Of a stretch of DNA of 64,000 nucleotides, positions 9,825-20,617 are shown piece after piece. The notes under the pieces were generated by a model. The model had not been told where the DNA came from. It worked only from the letters and a program-made list of their open reading frames with translations, and did no database searches. The stretch lies in IMG/VR virus record IMGVR_UViG_3300021400_000128, positions 64,001 to 128,000 of that record; one strand, 5' to 3'. Each line of letters opens with the position of its first letter. Positions within the stretch are counted from its first letter, which is position 1. Both the position numbers and the translations under genes were made by a program. The stretch comes from a virus (lineage: Duplodnaviria; Caudoviricetes).

Positions 9825-10108
9825 CTCTGAACTTTAGAAACCCGATAGGTATTCATCATAGCGCCAAAATCATCTAACTGCTGCGACGATAAATCAACAC
9901 CGCGAAGGTCAAATGGACAAATATAATCCACTGTGGTAATATCAATTGCCAAAGACGCAAGGCTCAAAGGCAGTACACCGATGACGTGCTTTCCACGAAC
10001 ATCATCAGGCGTTGCTTGAGAAATAACTTTTCCGGTAATTCCACGCATCGCGAGCCAATCAATAAGTCCAGAATGTCTGGTAACAATGATAGTGTTGTTG
10101 TCTGTCAT
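9821..10108 (-). CDS. Csx16-like protein (candidate ring nuclease)
   Basis: VTRHSG..DWL, VIGVLPL.LA, LRG.DLS...L...GA pattern typical of Csx16 (Cas_VVA1548). Confidence 0.7.
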   Translation of the reverse strand: MTDNNTIIVTRHSGLIDWLAMRGITGKVISQATPDDVRGKHVIGVLPLSLASLAIDITTVDYICPFDLRGVDLSSQQLDDFGAMMNTYRVSKVQR

Positions 10109-10128
10109 AGTATTCTTCTTACAGCTTC

Positions 10129-10392
10129 CTAATTAAATTTCACATCAAGTTGTGCAAAATTAGGTATGATACCATATTCGGCGAGAATTTCTTCTGCTTC
10201 ACGAACTATTGTATGCAGTTCGTTAGGATAGGTTTCCCACGCAAAATCAGATGCCGCAATGGCATCATACCAGTGATGCTCCGCTTCGAGAATGCTGTTA
10301 CTGACGTAATTCAGTTCAGCCTGTTCCCAATAAGTGGTCAAACCTTCAGTGCTGTCATTGGTGTTGGTATCGTAATCGAAATTGCCGTTCAT
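10129..10392 (-). CDS. Hypothetical acidic early protein
   Basis: First ORF after an early promoter; SD CGGAGG. Confidence 0.7.
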   Translation of the reverse strand: MNGNFDYDTNTNDSTEGLTTYWEQAELNYVSNSILEAEHHWYDAIAASDFAWETYPNELHTIVREAEEILAEYGIIPNFAQLDVKFN

Positions 10393-10493
10393 GATTGCCT
10401 CCGTGATTCAAAATTTATTATTTAATCAACTTACATCTATTATTATATGCGTTAATATATATTTGTCAATGTCTTTATTTATTTTTATTACAT
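10393..10493 (-). promoter_or_regulatory. Repeated early promoter module 1
   Basis: ATGTAAT box, TTGACA (10464-69), N16, TATAAT (10442-47), ATGTAAGTTGA, TGAATCACGGAGG. Confidence 0.85.
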
Positions 10494-10916
10494 TTACAAT
10501 TTTTTCGCAATTTCTTCAAGAGACTTCGTAAGTTCATCGTCTTCAACATCTTCAGCCTTATTGATGGAAATGCTCTGATTATCACGCCATCCTAACTGTT
10601 TCAAACTAAAAATTGCCGCTCCGTGCTTAATAGTTCCATACAGCATGCCCTGTTCAAGCAATACTTCTTTCCATCCTAAAAGCTCTTGTGCTTTTTCGCT
10701 CAAGTCTGCATTGTCCCGCTGCAATTGCATAACGTAATCATAATTCCATCCATTTTTCAGGCAGCATTCTTTGAATACAGGGATCCGCAGCGGTTTCCGT
10801 TGTCCGGTTTTTGTATATTGAGAACCGTCCACGTTGCACTCCTGCATGTATTTATCAATTTGGTTAATCATATATGGGATATCATATATTGGTTTTTTTG
10901 GTCTTCCTGCCGGCAT
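10494..10916 (-). CDS. terS: Probable terminase small subunit
   Basis: MPAGRP start, AIFSLKQLGWRD motif, acidic DDELTKSL tail; preceded by a CTAAGAA element as terL is. Confidence 0.65.
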   Translation of the reverse strand: MPAGRPKKPIYDIPYMINQIDKYMQECNVDGSQYTKTGQRKPLRIPVFKECCLKNGWNYDYVMQLQRDNADLSEKAQELLGWKEVLLEQGMLYGTIKHGAAIFSLKQLGWRDNQSISINKAEDVEDDELTKSLEEIAKKL

Positions 10917-10929
10917 AATATCACCTCTT

Positions 10930-10986
10930 TAAAAAAAATAAGAAAGTGCAATGAATACACTTTCTTAGAGTCTTTTGTTATTATAC
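10930..10986 (-). promoter_or_regulatory. CTAAGAA-box leader element 4 (terminator type), upstream of terS
   Basis: TATAAT..GACTCTAAGAAAGTG-loop-CACTTTCTTA-T8. Confidence 0.85.
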
Positions 10987-11040
10987 CAGTTTTTATTATT
11001 TGTCAATATTAGTATTTGATTATTACTTTGTCAAACAGCT

Positions 11041-11259
11041 CTAAAAACCGCTTGTAGTCTTTTTTTTATTTTTTATGACATAACCAGGATTATGAAACAA
11101 TTCAGGATTACTTAAAAGTTCATTCATTAGTTTGTCAAGCGTCTCATATGCTTCTTTCACATTTTCTGGTGCATCATTATTCAATTTTCCCGTCTCCTCA
11201 TCATAATAAGGCTTAATAATCTTTAACAATGCTTTTGCTGTTTTCATTTTATCTTCCAT
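11041..11259 (-). CDS. Small partner/immunity-like protein
   Basis: Paralogue of 7575-7775; follows the second MGG peptidase. Confidence 0.7.
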   Translation of the reverse strand: MEDKMKTAKALLKIIKPYYDEETGKLNNDAPENVKEAYETLDKLMNELLSNPELFHNPGYVIKNKKKTTSGF

Positions 11260-11261
11260 TT

Positions 11262-12164
11262 TTATCCTCCATATCCTAATCTGTCAATTTCATCTAATAA
11301 TACCTTGACATATGCCTTTGAAACTTCACTGGCATTGTCTTTATTAGTATATATATCTGCAAATGCTTCCGCAAATGCTTCTTTTGTTGGGCTGCCGCCA
11401 TATGACTTCGCATCACTGGCATACCCCGAGATTTCATGTCGGAAAGATGGTAAGGCTTTTTTATATCCTATTGATTTTTTTGCTTCCTTTTCCAGACGTT
11501 GTAAAGTTTTACTTTTTCTGATATCATCCATCATATTATAAGTATCAAAAAAACCTTTTTTCTTTGCATCTTTCAACATTCTGCCTAATAAGTAATTATG
11601 TATCGCATGACCGAATTCATGTGCAACCACAGATTCAGGTGTCATATTTGGGATATCAAATCCTCTTTCAGCTCCTGAAAACAATTTTGGATCATCTACC
11701 TTTGAAAAATGTACGCCTAACCCAAAGGTTTGACGTGTTTCACCAGTAGCCCCACTGAATGTAGATTTAATTTCTGCGGCAGTTGTACCACCAGGATCAA
11801 CGATGTAATGGAATCCATTTATAGCCCCCTGCATAAAGGGATATCTTTCTTCAAGTTCAGAAATGGTATTCAACGCCCGTTTTATCATTTGTAAATCATG
11901 GTTCTCCGTAAAACCCTTTGCAACATTTGTTTCGCCATATTTTTCAATCAACACAGAACGCAGATCTTCTTTTGTCTGCGCATCATTTATTTTATCCCAA
12001 AAAGACTTTTCTTTTGGCTGCTTTGCGGTTAACCGTTTTTGCCGCTCCACTTCTTTCGCTGCCTGTCTCTGCTGTTCAAGTTCATCGATTTCACTTTGAG
12101 GAGCCCCGTTCTGCAATGCTCTTGCTATCTTTTTTGCTAACCTGTAGCTTGCTGATCCACCCAT
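11262..12164 (-). CDS. MGG-leader protein with zincin-like metallopeptidase domain
   Basis: MGGSASYRLAKKIARA leader; HEFGH and EAFAEAF; paralogue of 7789-8622. Confidence 0.8.
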   Translation of the reverse strand: MGGSASYRLAKKIARALQNGAPQSEIDELEQQRQAAKEVERQKRLTAKQPKEKSFWDKINDAQTKEDLRSVLIEKYGETNVAKGFTENHDLQMIKRALNTISELEERYPFMQGAINGFHYIVDPGGTTAAEIKSTFSGATGETRQTFGLGVHFSKVDDPKLFSGAERGFDIPNMTPESVVAHEFGHAIHNYLLGRMLKDAKKKGFFDTYNMMDDIRKSKTLQRLEKEAKKSIGYKKALPSFRHEISGYASDAKSYGGSPTKEAFAEAFADIYTNKDNASEVSKAYVKVLLDEIDRLGYGG

Positions 12165-12182
12165 GTCAACCATCCTTTAAAG

Positions 12183-12238
12183 CAAAAGAAGACTGAACAT
12201 TGATCGCTCAGTCTTCTTAGGAATCTCGCTGATTATAA
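12183..12238 (-). promoter_or_regulatory. CTAAGAA-box leader element 5 (terminator type)
   Basis: TATAAT..TTCCTAAGAAGACTGA-loop-TCAGTCTTCTTTT. Confidence 0.8.
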
Positions 12239-12283
12239 TTATATCATGAGCGGTGATATATTTTACAGTTTATCTCATCATCC

Positions 12284-12682
12284 TCATCCTAATTCCCAGA
12301 CATCTTCATCTGAGTCTCGGTACTCGAACATATCATCCGTAGGTTGTGTTCTGAGCTCCGGATTTTCTTCGATCTGCTTTATCACACCCCAGGCAAGGTC
12401 ATCCAGAACGTCTTCATAGTCATACCATGCCCGTGACGTATCGAAAAGAGCATTAGCGATATAATTGACCGTCCTGTCACCCATCGCCATCAGATAGCGT
12501 GCAGCGGGATTGCACGTTTCCTTTCCATATTCGATTCCGACACGATCACCATCGTTGTTATAACGATAGATGATCCTGGAAGTAGCACGAACCATCTCCC
12601 CGGCAACGCTTTCCGCTTTTCCCTCGAAAGGAACCAATTCATCAAACAGTTGATTTAATTGATCCTCGTAAATGCTCATCAT
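12284..12682 (-). CDS. Conserved phage hypothetical protein
   Basis: ORF track; SD AAGGAAGG. Confidence 0.75.
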   Translation of the reverse strand: MMSIYEDQLNQLFDELVPFEGKAESVAGEMVRATSRIIYRYNNDGDRVGIEYGKETCNPAARYLMAMGDRTVNYIANALFDTSRAWYDYEDVLDDLAWGVIKQIEENPELRTQPTDDMFEYRDSDEDVWELG

Positions 12683-12974
12683 TTTTGACCTTCCTTTACA
12701 ATTTGCTGGCCTCGTTTTATTGCTTTGACACTCCCCATGCCTAAAGGCAGGGGATTCTTAAGAAGGTTGCTAAGATAGCCTTATTCTTAAAGGGCTTGCC
12801 AATAGCCCGCTATCCAGTCTTTCAAAATTGAAATTCTGTTTACATTTCCGTTACCGCCTTATATCCCCATAGTTGAAGCGAGGGGTTTTACGGCTGTTTT
12901 CTGATAAAATCACCGTACCAGTTTGTTTCGAATTGAAAATCAAAATTCTTCAGCATTTGCTGTCGAAGTGTCAT
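12679..12974 (-). pseudogene. 38-aa ORF split by a mini-IS
   Basis: Removing 12725-12903 restores MTLRQQMLKNFDFQFETNWYGDFIAIKRGQQIVKEGQK*, whose stop overlaps the next ATG. Confidence 0.75.
12725..12903 (-). mobile_element. 179-bp non-autonomous IS605 derivative (PATE-like)
   Basis: LE hairpin CCCC..GGGG after TTTAT; RE GAATCCCCTGCCTTTAGGCATGGGGAGTGTCAA. Confidence 0.9.
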
Positions 12975-12986
12975 GTCATTCTCCTC

Positions 12987-13154
12987 TCAGCAAACCGCCA
13001 TCATCTGCTGCCAAATGCACATTTTTTCGTTATCATCATAATCGGCAGCGTCCAAATCGTCATATACTTCGATCATGGCGTACTATTTTTCTTCTAAAGT
13101 GCTGATGGTGGACAACTTGTTAAGATAGTTGGCGAAAATTGTGTTTGCGTTCAT
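12987..13154 (-). pseudogene. Early ORF with in-frame TAG
   Basis: MNANTIF...LEEK*YAMIEV...MAVC, with TAG at 13083-13085. Confidence 0.55.
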
Positions 13155-13256
13155 AGGTAACCTCCGTGATTCAAAATTTATTATTTAATCAACTTACATT
13201 TATTATTATATGCGTTATTATATATTTGTCAATGTCTTCTTTTATTTTTATTACAA
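13155..13256 (-). promoter_or_regulatory. Repeated early promoter module 2
   Basis: TTGACA (13227-32), N16, TATAAT (13205-10); terminator AACCGG..CCGGTT immediately upstream. Confidence 0.85.
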
Positions 13257-13295
13257 TTAATCGTAAAGAAAAAACCGGGATATCCGGTTGTAATA

Positions 13296-14195
13296 TTATT
13301 TTGAATTATCGTATGTTACTTTAAATCCCGCTGATTCGATTTGTTGAATTGTCGCCGCATGTGATGGATTATTTTTCCATGTCTTTGGTACAGAGAAATG
13401 ATCTATATCATTGAGTGTTACATCACCGTGGAATTGTAATTCAGCGTATTGGTATCCATAGCTGCCGGTGTCATATAATTGTTTTGCTTGTTCGTAAAAA
13501 TAACGAGCTTCACCTTCAGTAATTCTATCCGGTTCACCCCATTCTGCACTATATTTTGAAATGATACGGGGATTTGACACCCAACTCGGATATAAAACAT
13601 CATACAACGAATCTCCAAGGGTCATTGTTGTACGGCTCACCATTGTATCTTTTTTGAAGACAATATCCAAATTACCGTAAGATGCAGCAGAAACAGAATC
13701 AGGACTTCCAAGATAGCCGTATTTTTCATAATCAGCGGGAGCTAAGACACCATCATATTCAAATGCTGTTCGCGAAAAATAATCTCTTGCGTCGAGATCT
13801 TCTGCACCCATTGATGTACCCGTCTCGAACTGATTCATAATTCTTCCACTGGATAAAATCTTTGCAACTGTACTTTCTTTTATTCTTCGGCGAAATTCAA
13901 GTTTCTCAACTGCTTTGCGTAAATATTCTTCTCCACGATCGATTAGTTTCTGTGCGTCTACGGGCGAGTTATCCCGTAAGTTCTTTGACTTCTCAATATG
14001 CCCTGTGAAATTCTTTAATAATTTTGGTAATTCTGTATTTACAGGATTATTCTTTTCTCGTAAATATTGCTCATATGCTTCTTTTGCTTGCTGCCGTACA
14101 TAATCTTCATCGAATTCAAAAATTTCATTTTCGTATTCTTTTCTTTTCTTTTCGATAAATCTTTTAACAAATCTGAATTTTGCACTTCCACCCAT
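13296..14195 (-). CDS. MGG-leader protein, C-terminal DUF3626/ART-like domain
   Basis: MGGSAKFR leader; NQFETGTS.G, YGYL, YG, T.T.GDS and Y.E.Q.HG motifs. Confidence 0.6.
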   Translation of the reverse strand: MGGSAKFRFVKRFIEKKRKEYENEIFEFDEDYVRQQAKEAYEQYLREKNNPVNTELPKLLKNFTGHIEKSKNLRDNSPVDAQKLIDRGEEYLRKAVEKLEFRRRIKESTVAKILSSGRIMNQFETGTSMGAEDLDARDYFSRTAFEYDGVLAPADYEKYGYLGSPDSVSAASYGNLDIVFKKDTMVSRTTMTLGDSLYDVLYPSWVSNPRIISKYSAEWGEPDRITEGEARYFYEQAKQLYDTGSYGYQYAELQFHGDVTLNDIDHFSVPKTWKNNPSHAATIQQIESAGFKVTYDNSK

Positions 14196-14209
14196 GTGTT
14201 ACCACCTTA

Positions 14210-14258
14210 AATAAAAAAAGAAGACTAAACTTTTTTAGCTTAGCCTTCTTAGGGTCCT
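14210..14258 (-). promoter_or_regulatory. CTAAGAA-box leader element 6 (terminator type)
   Basis: GGACCCTAAGAAGGCTAAGC-loop-GTTTAGTCTTC-T7; no clear -10 nearby. Confidence 0.8.
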
Positions 14259-14274
14259 GTAGCTGATGATTTAC

Positions 14275-14592
14275 TTATTTTCTTATTCTCTGCTCGTAAA
14301 TTTTCTCTTCACGATCAATTAATTTTTTGATATGCGACTTTACTTTATCCGGTACTGGAACATTTTTGTCACGGAGATCCTCTAATCCTTCCGTTTCCCA
14401 TCCATCATCATACACTCTGGCAATGTTAAGGAATGAATCTAAAACTCCACTCTCACCATTTCCGTAATAAGTAGTATGTTTATGTAATTTATCTTTATAA
14501 TCCGGGAATTGTACAAGGTAGAAGTCGGAATATTCTTCATCACCAACTTCTTTCTTTTCACGTCCAATTACTTTCATCTTGATTTCTGCCAT
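14275..14592 (-). CDS. Hypothetical protein
   Basis: ORF track; SD GAGGT. Confidence 0.7.
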   Translation of the reverse strand: MAEIKMKVIGREKKEVGDEEYSDFYLVQFPDYKDKLHKHTTYYGNGESGVLDSFLNIARVYDDGWETEGLEDLRDKNVPVPDKVKSHIKKLIDREEKIYEQRIRK

Positions 14593-14611
14593 ATTTACCT
14601 CGCTGATTTAA

Positions 14612-14989
14612 TTATACATCATCTGATTTACGATGGTTTGATAATTCTGTGGAAAAACCTTCTGGATATCGAGCTTTGAGCTTATCCACATTCATTTGCA
14701 TGATTTCGTCAAGCTTCCACCCAAAAGAATGTGCAATCATGGCACAATACCAAAGTGTGTCTCCAAGCTCTTTTTTTGCGTGTTCTCTGTCAAGTTTCGC
14801 GCTATGGAATATCCACTTTTTTATCATGTCATTGAGCTCTCCTACTTCACCGGAAAGACCAAGGCAGCCATTCAGAATACCACCAACGTCCAAAGTCGTG
14901 TCATTACAGTCCATTCAGAAGTTTAACCGTTCTGTAGCCTTGCCATCGTTAGTTCTCATTGCTAATTCTTGATATTCGTTTCCAGTCAT
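14612..14989 (-). pseudogene. MazG-like nucleotide pyrophosphohydrolase with in-frame TGA
   Basis: MTGNEYQELAMRTNDGKATERLNF*MDC...; colinear with the intact paralogue 59533-59904; TGA at 14915-14917. Confidence 0.8.
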
Positions 14990-14999
14990 ACATCTCTCC

Positions 15000-15674
15000 T
15001 CACATATGAATATTAACACAAGTCAAATAATAATCACCTGGAATGCTGTCAAGTATTTTGTTGTATTCATCATTCCATTGTGTATTAAATTTTCCTTCTT
15101 GTTCGATCCATTCTCCATCTGGTTTCAATACCGCCCACGGAGTCCATGTAAAAAGAAATTCTGCAAACGTCCGCTTTTCTGGTGACCAATTAGGATTCGA
15201 GGAGCAATCAAGAACATGCTGCACCCATCTGCGCCAAATCAAAGGGAACTGTTTTCTCAGCTTTTCTTCTGGTGCCGCAAGGTCAATTCGTGGAACATCT
15301 TTGATCTGAATATAATTGTTGGGCTGTTCGTACAGGCCACAACCTTCTTTAATTATGTAATAGTCCCATTTCGCATCGGGATTATTTGCAGAAATAGCAT
15401 TACCTTCTTTATCGATATCTTCATACAATTCCATTTTTAAACTGTAATAGCGAATCGTGCCGATATCATCTTTATCCAGTGCTTCAAAAAGCTCTCTTTT
15501 TCCTTGTTCCGATAATAAATCTGAATATTTTCTTAATCGTTTTTTTACCTCTGGATATTCAGCGCAAATATATGGATCCACTTCTAAATCCTGATCGAAT
15601 GGTTCCATGCACTCTGCTATCATCTTCAGGGTTGGTTTTTTCTCTGTGATAACCGCAACTTCTAAATGTCCCAT
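15000..15674 (-). CDS. Phage hypothetical protein (NP.AKWDYY family)
   Basis: ORF track; operon context. Confidence 0.7.
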   Translation of the reverse strand: MGHLEVAVITEKKPTLKMIAECMEPFDQDLEVDPYICAEYPEVKKRLRKYSDLLSEQGKRELFEALDKDDIGTIRYYSLKMELYEDIDKEGNAISANNPDAKWDYYIIKEGCGLYEQPNNYIQIKDVPRIDLAAPEEKLRKQFPLIWRRWVQHVLDCSSNPNWSPEKRTFAEFLFTWTPWAVLKPDGEWIEQEGKFNTQWNDEYNKILDSIPGDYYLTCVNIHM

Positions 15675-15677
15675 CTC

Positions 15678-16403
15678 TTAGCTTCCTTCCCTTATCTTTG
15701 GCTCATAGTTTTTTTCATTCTCGTCATATTCTTCACGATCAATGAACCTGGTTCCGCATCGTGGACACATCCGCCACTGCGAAGATTGAATGACTGCGCC
15801 GCAGTTGCAGAAACCATTATTTTCTTGAATTTCTTTTTCTGTCATTGTCTCAGAAAAACCGAAGCCTCTTTTTATGATTTGTTCACACCAATTAAAAGAT
15901 ATTGGTTGACCGTCATCAACTAACCAACTCGGATCTTCAAACATCTGATAATATGGTTCAGCATCCGTAATATTGTAGACATTATCATGACCTAATAAAA
16001 ACCAGTTCCCGGTTATACGAACGTTGATTTCCATGACCATTACTCGTTTCGCAAGTCTGCACAACCAGGTAATGAATGATTTCAGTCCTTCTTTAAATGA
16101 CCGATCACGCAGATCGCCTTCTACCACCAGAAAATAGTTACTCTGCATTCGCATCCAGCCATGATTCCTATCCCTATATCCATCCCTATCAAATAGATTG
16201 TTTGTACGATTACCGAATTCGTCATGAGAACAGGAATCTGTGTTACCGCTTCTTTGAATGATATGAACTGTCATATCTCCTTCACTGCCGGATACGATAG
16301 GCAGATGATTCAGTACGGTTTCTAAAACAAAGCGTTTTTCTGCTTGTGTTCTGCCAATCGGCGAAACGGTAATTAATCCGCGGATATGTGTCCAGTAACT
16401 CAT
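15678..16403 (-). CDS. Phage hypothetical protein with C-terminal zinc ribbon
   Basis: MS.WTH, GSEG, G.LRDR motifs; CNCG..CPRCG. Confidence 0.7.
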   Translation of the reverse strand: MSYWTHIRGLITVSPIGRTQAEKRFVLETVLNHLPIVSGSEGDMTVHIIQRSGNTDSCSHDEFGNRTNNLFDRDGYRDRNHGWMRMQSNYFLVVEGDLRDRSFKEGLKSFITWLCRLAKRVMVMEINVRITGNWFLLGHDNVYNITDAEPYYQMFEDPSWLVDDGQPISFNWCEQIIKRGFGFSETMTEKEIQENNGFCNCGAVIQSSQWRMCPRCGTRFIDREEYDENEKNYEPKIREGS

Positions 16404-19144
16404 AAGTTATCCCCACCAGTGACGATCTCTTTCATCAACTCGGCAATTTTCTCCAACTCACTTATTTGTTGCTGTTTCTTTTCGTACCGTGCGTACTTCT
16501 CAGGCTCAACAGCATCCCAATCAATCGCCTGACCGCATCGTGAACAGTAATTCGATTTCTGCTGATTGTGCCTTCGCGGTACGTACTGCTCTCCGACGAA
16601 CCATCCGCAAGTAGGGCAGCACCATTCAGCCCATTTGCTGATCCAGGTGTCTCCTGGTTTGTCAATATAATCAGTACCAATAAGTGATTCACCTGTCTTG
16701 AAAATAGGTTCTTTCGGTATCAATCTGTTATCATCTTGCAACACGTGATACTGATTATCTAATTTTGGCAAATCAACATAAATACAATCCATCTCATTGA
16801 CTTCAGGATATTTAATTGCTATTGCATTCGCGTCAATCAATCTGTAACTCATTACTTGTTTCCTTTTTTCTTACATAAAATAAAAATCCATTGCACTTGT
16901 CTTATTTTTCATTGTCAGCTCCGTTATAACTTCCGCAGTTCGGGCAGTACGAAAAATCTGTGAAGTAATACTGATACGGAGCGGTCATATACTTCCCACA
17001 CACAGAACATCTTGCTGACTGCCAGACTGGAATTTCATAATCCGCATTGTCAAAAGTTTCCTTTTCCATCCACTTTCCTTTCTTCCGCTCTGGCTCTACG
17101 GATGGCAATGTTTGCACCAGTTTTCTCACACCGCTGGCGGCACCCCCAAGGTCGCCATACAGGCCTCTTAATGTTTCTGCTCTCGAAGTCAATAAATTAA
17201 TTATCGTTTGCCTATCTATACAATCACTCATTCCAACTCCGATCTAACTTTGCACCGCAATGTGAACAATAAGAATCACAACTAAAAACTTTTTTCTTGC
17301 AATACTAAATTCTCTGGTATCTTCACTAATATATTCACCACACTCAAATAAATGTGTAAACATTATTTTTTTTTGCGCGTCTATTGCGTCCTGTCTGCCT
17401 ATAAGGTCACTCATAATTAGCTTTCTCTAAATCCATATATCCACATTTATCCATCATATCCGCTCCGCAGTGGTAACAATAGTAAAAATTGTGATTCCCG
17501 ATATCTGAGTTTTCTAAAACTGCATGACATTCAGAGCACTCCCAACAATCTTCATCTTTTCGGCGTTGCCACCTTCCCTTCTTTCGATCTGCGGAAGCTA
17601 AATTATTAATTGCTTTTATCGCATCGTCCAGCCCTTTGTTGTACTGTGTGAACGGATTACCTTCACTAACATAACCGTTACTATTTCCTTTGTAGGCAGT
17701 CATGTAAACCTTCTCAAATTCGATTGCTTCAACAGCATCATTTCTATCAATCAAATCACTCATCATTTACTTCTCCAAGGTTCTGGTAACGGCATCCATG
17801 CGAGTACATTCACATTATGTGCGTCACAGTCACCATCATGCGCACACCACCATGCACTCTGATTCCAACTAATATACCCGACAGAGATAAATGAATTCTG
17901 GTTATATTTTTTATCTAATCTACGGATTGTCAACAGTACAAACTCTCCATCTTTCGGCAATGCTTCAGTAACAGAAATCCACTTCCGCTCCGGCTCTGCG
18001 GATGGCAAGGCTTTCAATGCTTCTACTGCTGGTTTTGCATCAAAACCTTCCGGGATGGAACAGCCATATGTTTCAATGTCTTCCGTTTCCAACCGATACA
18101 TTGCATCTATCGCATCCTGTCTCCGAATCAAATCACCATTCATACTGCACATCCTCCTTGCAAATATCGTCTACTCTGACGATCCAGACAGGAAACCAAC
18201 CTTTACCATAATTCGGCTTTTCCTGACCGACTTCAGCCACATACCCTGAAGCTCTTTCGCCATCATACCACCCACAATAATATCGACACCAACCATCTTT
18301 GATTTCTGCTTTTGGATTTATGTCCACATTAGGTATATTATTCAGACAATCTTCGCCTACGATATAACCAATCACAGCTCTTTTTTCACGGCAAACATCT
18401 TTAGAAACGACGTAAATACTACCTTCATCAAAATCTACCAATACACCCCATGTGAATTTTCTGTTACTCATTACTCACTCCAATAAAACCAAAAATTTCA
18501 GCACAAATGCATTTCGATGATGGACAAATATATTGGTAATGATTTTCTAAATCACATGAACCTATATGAGTACCAATTTCACTTCTATCTATTGTGTTTT
18601 TCCCACTAAAATATGGACAATTACAAATATATTCATCAATTTTTTTGTTATCCATACAGTCTTCCATCTCAGCATTCCTCAACCAGCGTCTTCATCGTCA
18701 CTCCAATCCAGTTTTACTCCGCACACCGGGCAAAAATTGACTTGAGCACCATCATAAAATCGTCTGAGATAAAATCCGCATTCGCATTTATACACTTGAA
18801 ATCCAAGATAATTCGCTTTCACTGTTCGCTTTTCAGGGTCTATGGTAGGCGCGTTTTCAATCTCTCGCCATACGTCCTTATTAGAAAAATCTTGGTCATC
18901 GTGAACATTCCACAGTTCTTCCAATTCCTCTTTCAATGCGTCAGCGTCAATTAACCTCATCTGACAGCTCCTTACTCTCTATTATTTCTTCTGGATCAGG
19001 ATCCATAAGAGCGCCACAATTAGGACAATACAGTGACTTTTCTTCTGGCGTGTCGTACTCAAATCCGCATTCCGAGCAACGGTTGTAACCGTAATCGTCT
19101 TCTATCCATTCGCCAAATTGAATATCCATCTCAGCACTCCTCAA
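16400..19144 (-). other. Cluster of about 9 small related ORFs (LID/LISRQDAI start, zinc ribbon or DUF551-like ends)
   Basis: 16400-16852, 16902-17231, 17407-17766, 17763-18152, 18133-18471, 18464-18682, 18679-18960 and 18947-19144, with overlapping stop/start codons. Confidence 0.7.
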
Positions 19145-20617
19145 TCATCTCCGTCGTTTCGCTAAACTCGCCACCCGAATTTTCTATCTTTGCATAAATG
19201 TCGCAATAAGTACAATCAAAGTAATCGTCCACTTTTTCAAGAAACCATGGTTGTTTTTCTAATTCTGGGCCACCGTAATAATTCCAATTCAAGCCTCCGA
19301 TTCGTGCATGAATATACAGAACATCGTCGCGGCCACAGTATTTATTCCAAACATTCCACTGCGCTCTTACTCTTTTATCTGCTTTTTTAAAAGCATATCT
19401 AAACATTTTGCGTTTTCTGCCGTGAACAGATTTCCATTTAACGTCTACCGTTTCACCATCTCGGCGGAATAAATACTTTTTAATAATTCGATCAGTTCGA
19501 CCTGATAATTCAAAACCGTTAGGGTCCAGCGAAACAAAATCTGATTGACAAAAATCCTCACAAAACATTAAAGCACGATAGTTAATCAAATCTTGTATTT
19601 CTTTTTCTGTCAGAGGTTTTTCATTTGTCATAAGACGCAGACCGCGAAGTCTCGGAACATCAATATTGTTATTCGTCATTACTGGTTCGAGATCTTCAAT
19701 TTGAGCATAAGCACCTAAATCCATAATCATTCCTCTTTCGATTCTAATATTTTTAGTGCGGATTTTGGCCATCTTGTATCCTCATTCCAACCGTGATACC
19801 CTTTTGGTTGATAGCATTCGATTTCTTCACCATCAAAGTGAAGAACAGGTGTCGCCCAAGTGGAAGCAAGATAAGTGGCACTTTTTACTGGTCTACCATT
19901 TTCATAGATAGTTCCGCCAGTCCAAAACCAATCTTCAGCCAATCCGGCACTTGCCGTTTCCGGTTTTCTCTCTTTTATGATTTTCGCCGCTTTATCCCAA
20001 TCAAAGACTTTCCCATTTCCGTAAGGTGTTGATTGATTTATTTCAATCTCTTTTAATAAAGCCATTTTCCACTACCCTTTCTTTTTTATATGCAAGCCAC
20101 GTTTTCCCGTAATTAGCAGCATAAAACAATCTTGGATCAGTCAAAATTCCTTCAATAAAAGATTGTCTGATAACTACCCAGCCGCAATGTTTCTTTCCGA
20201 TACTTTGAGATTCTATCCAGATAGGTTTTCCGACCATCTGTTGAAGTTCTTCATATTCAAGTGGCTCGTTTTCAACATTTTCAAGCATTTCTCGATACTC
20301 TGTCAGATAGTGGATCGTATCTGACAGCTCATTTTCATGCAGCTTAATCATTTGGTCATCATCAGGCTGCAAATCAGACAACCATGTGATTATTTCAGTT
20401 AAAGATTTCATTCATGACCACCGTTCCGCTCTGCGTAATACTGTCGGAGCTCATTCGTTAGTCCCAATACCATGACGATCTCGTTCCATTCATTAGAGCG
20501 TTTTTTGAGTTTTCCATATTCAGCATCATCAGAAGCGTTCTCAATAGCATCATTCGCTTTGACGGCCATCTTGAAAAGGCGTTTCTTTGCACCATCGCTA
20601 ATCACTGCATAAGTCAT
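19131..20617 (-). other. Four hypothetical phage ORFs
   Basis: 19131-19772, 19727-20065, 20043-20411 and 20408-20617, in one operon. Confidence 0.65.

Noticed and set aside
12755-12770. CCTTCTTA in the mini-IS RNA as the antisense activator of the CTAAGAA box
   Set aside because: Only 8 nt of complementarity, inside a transposon remnant; compatible with chance.
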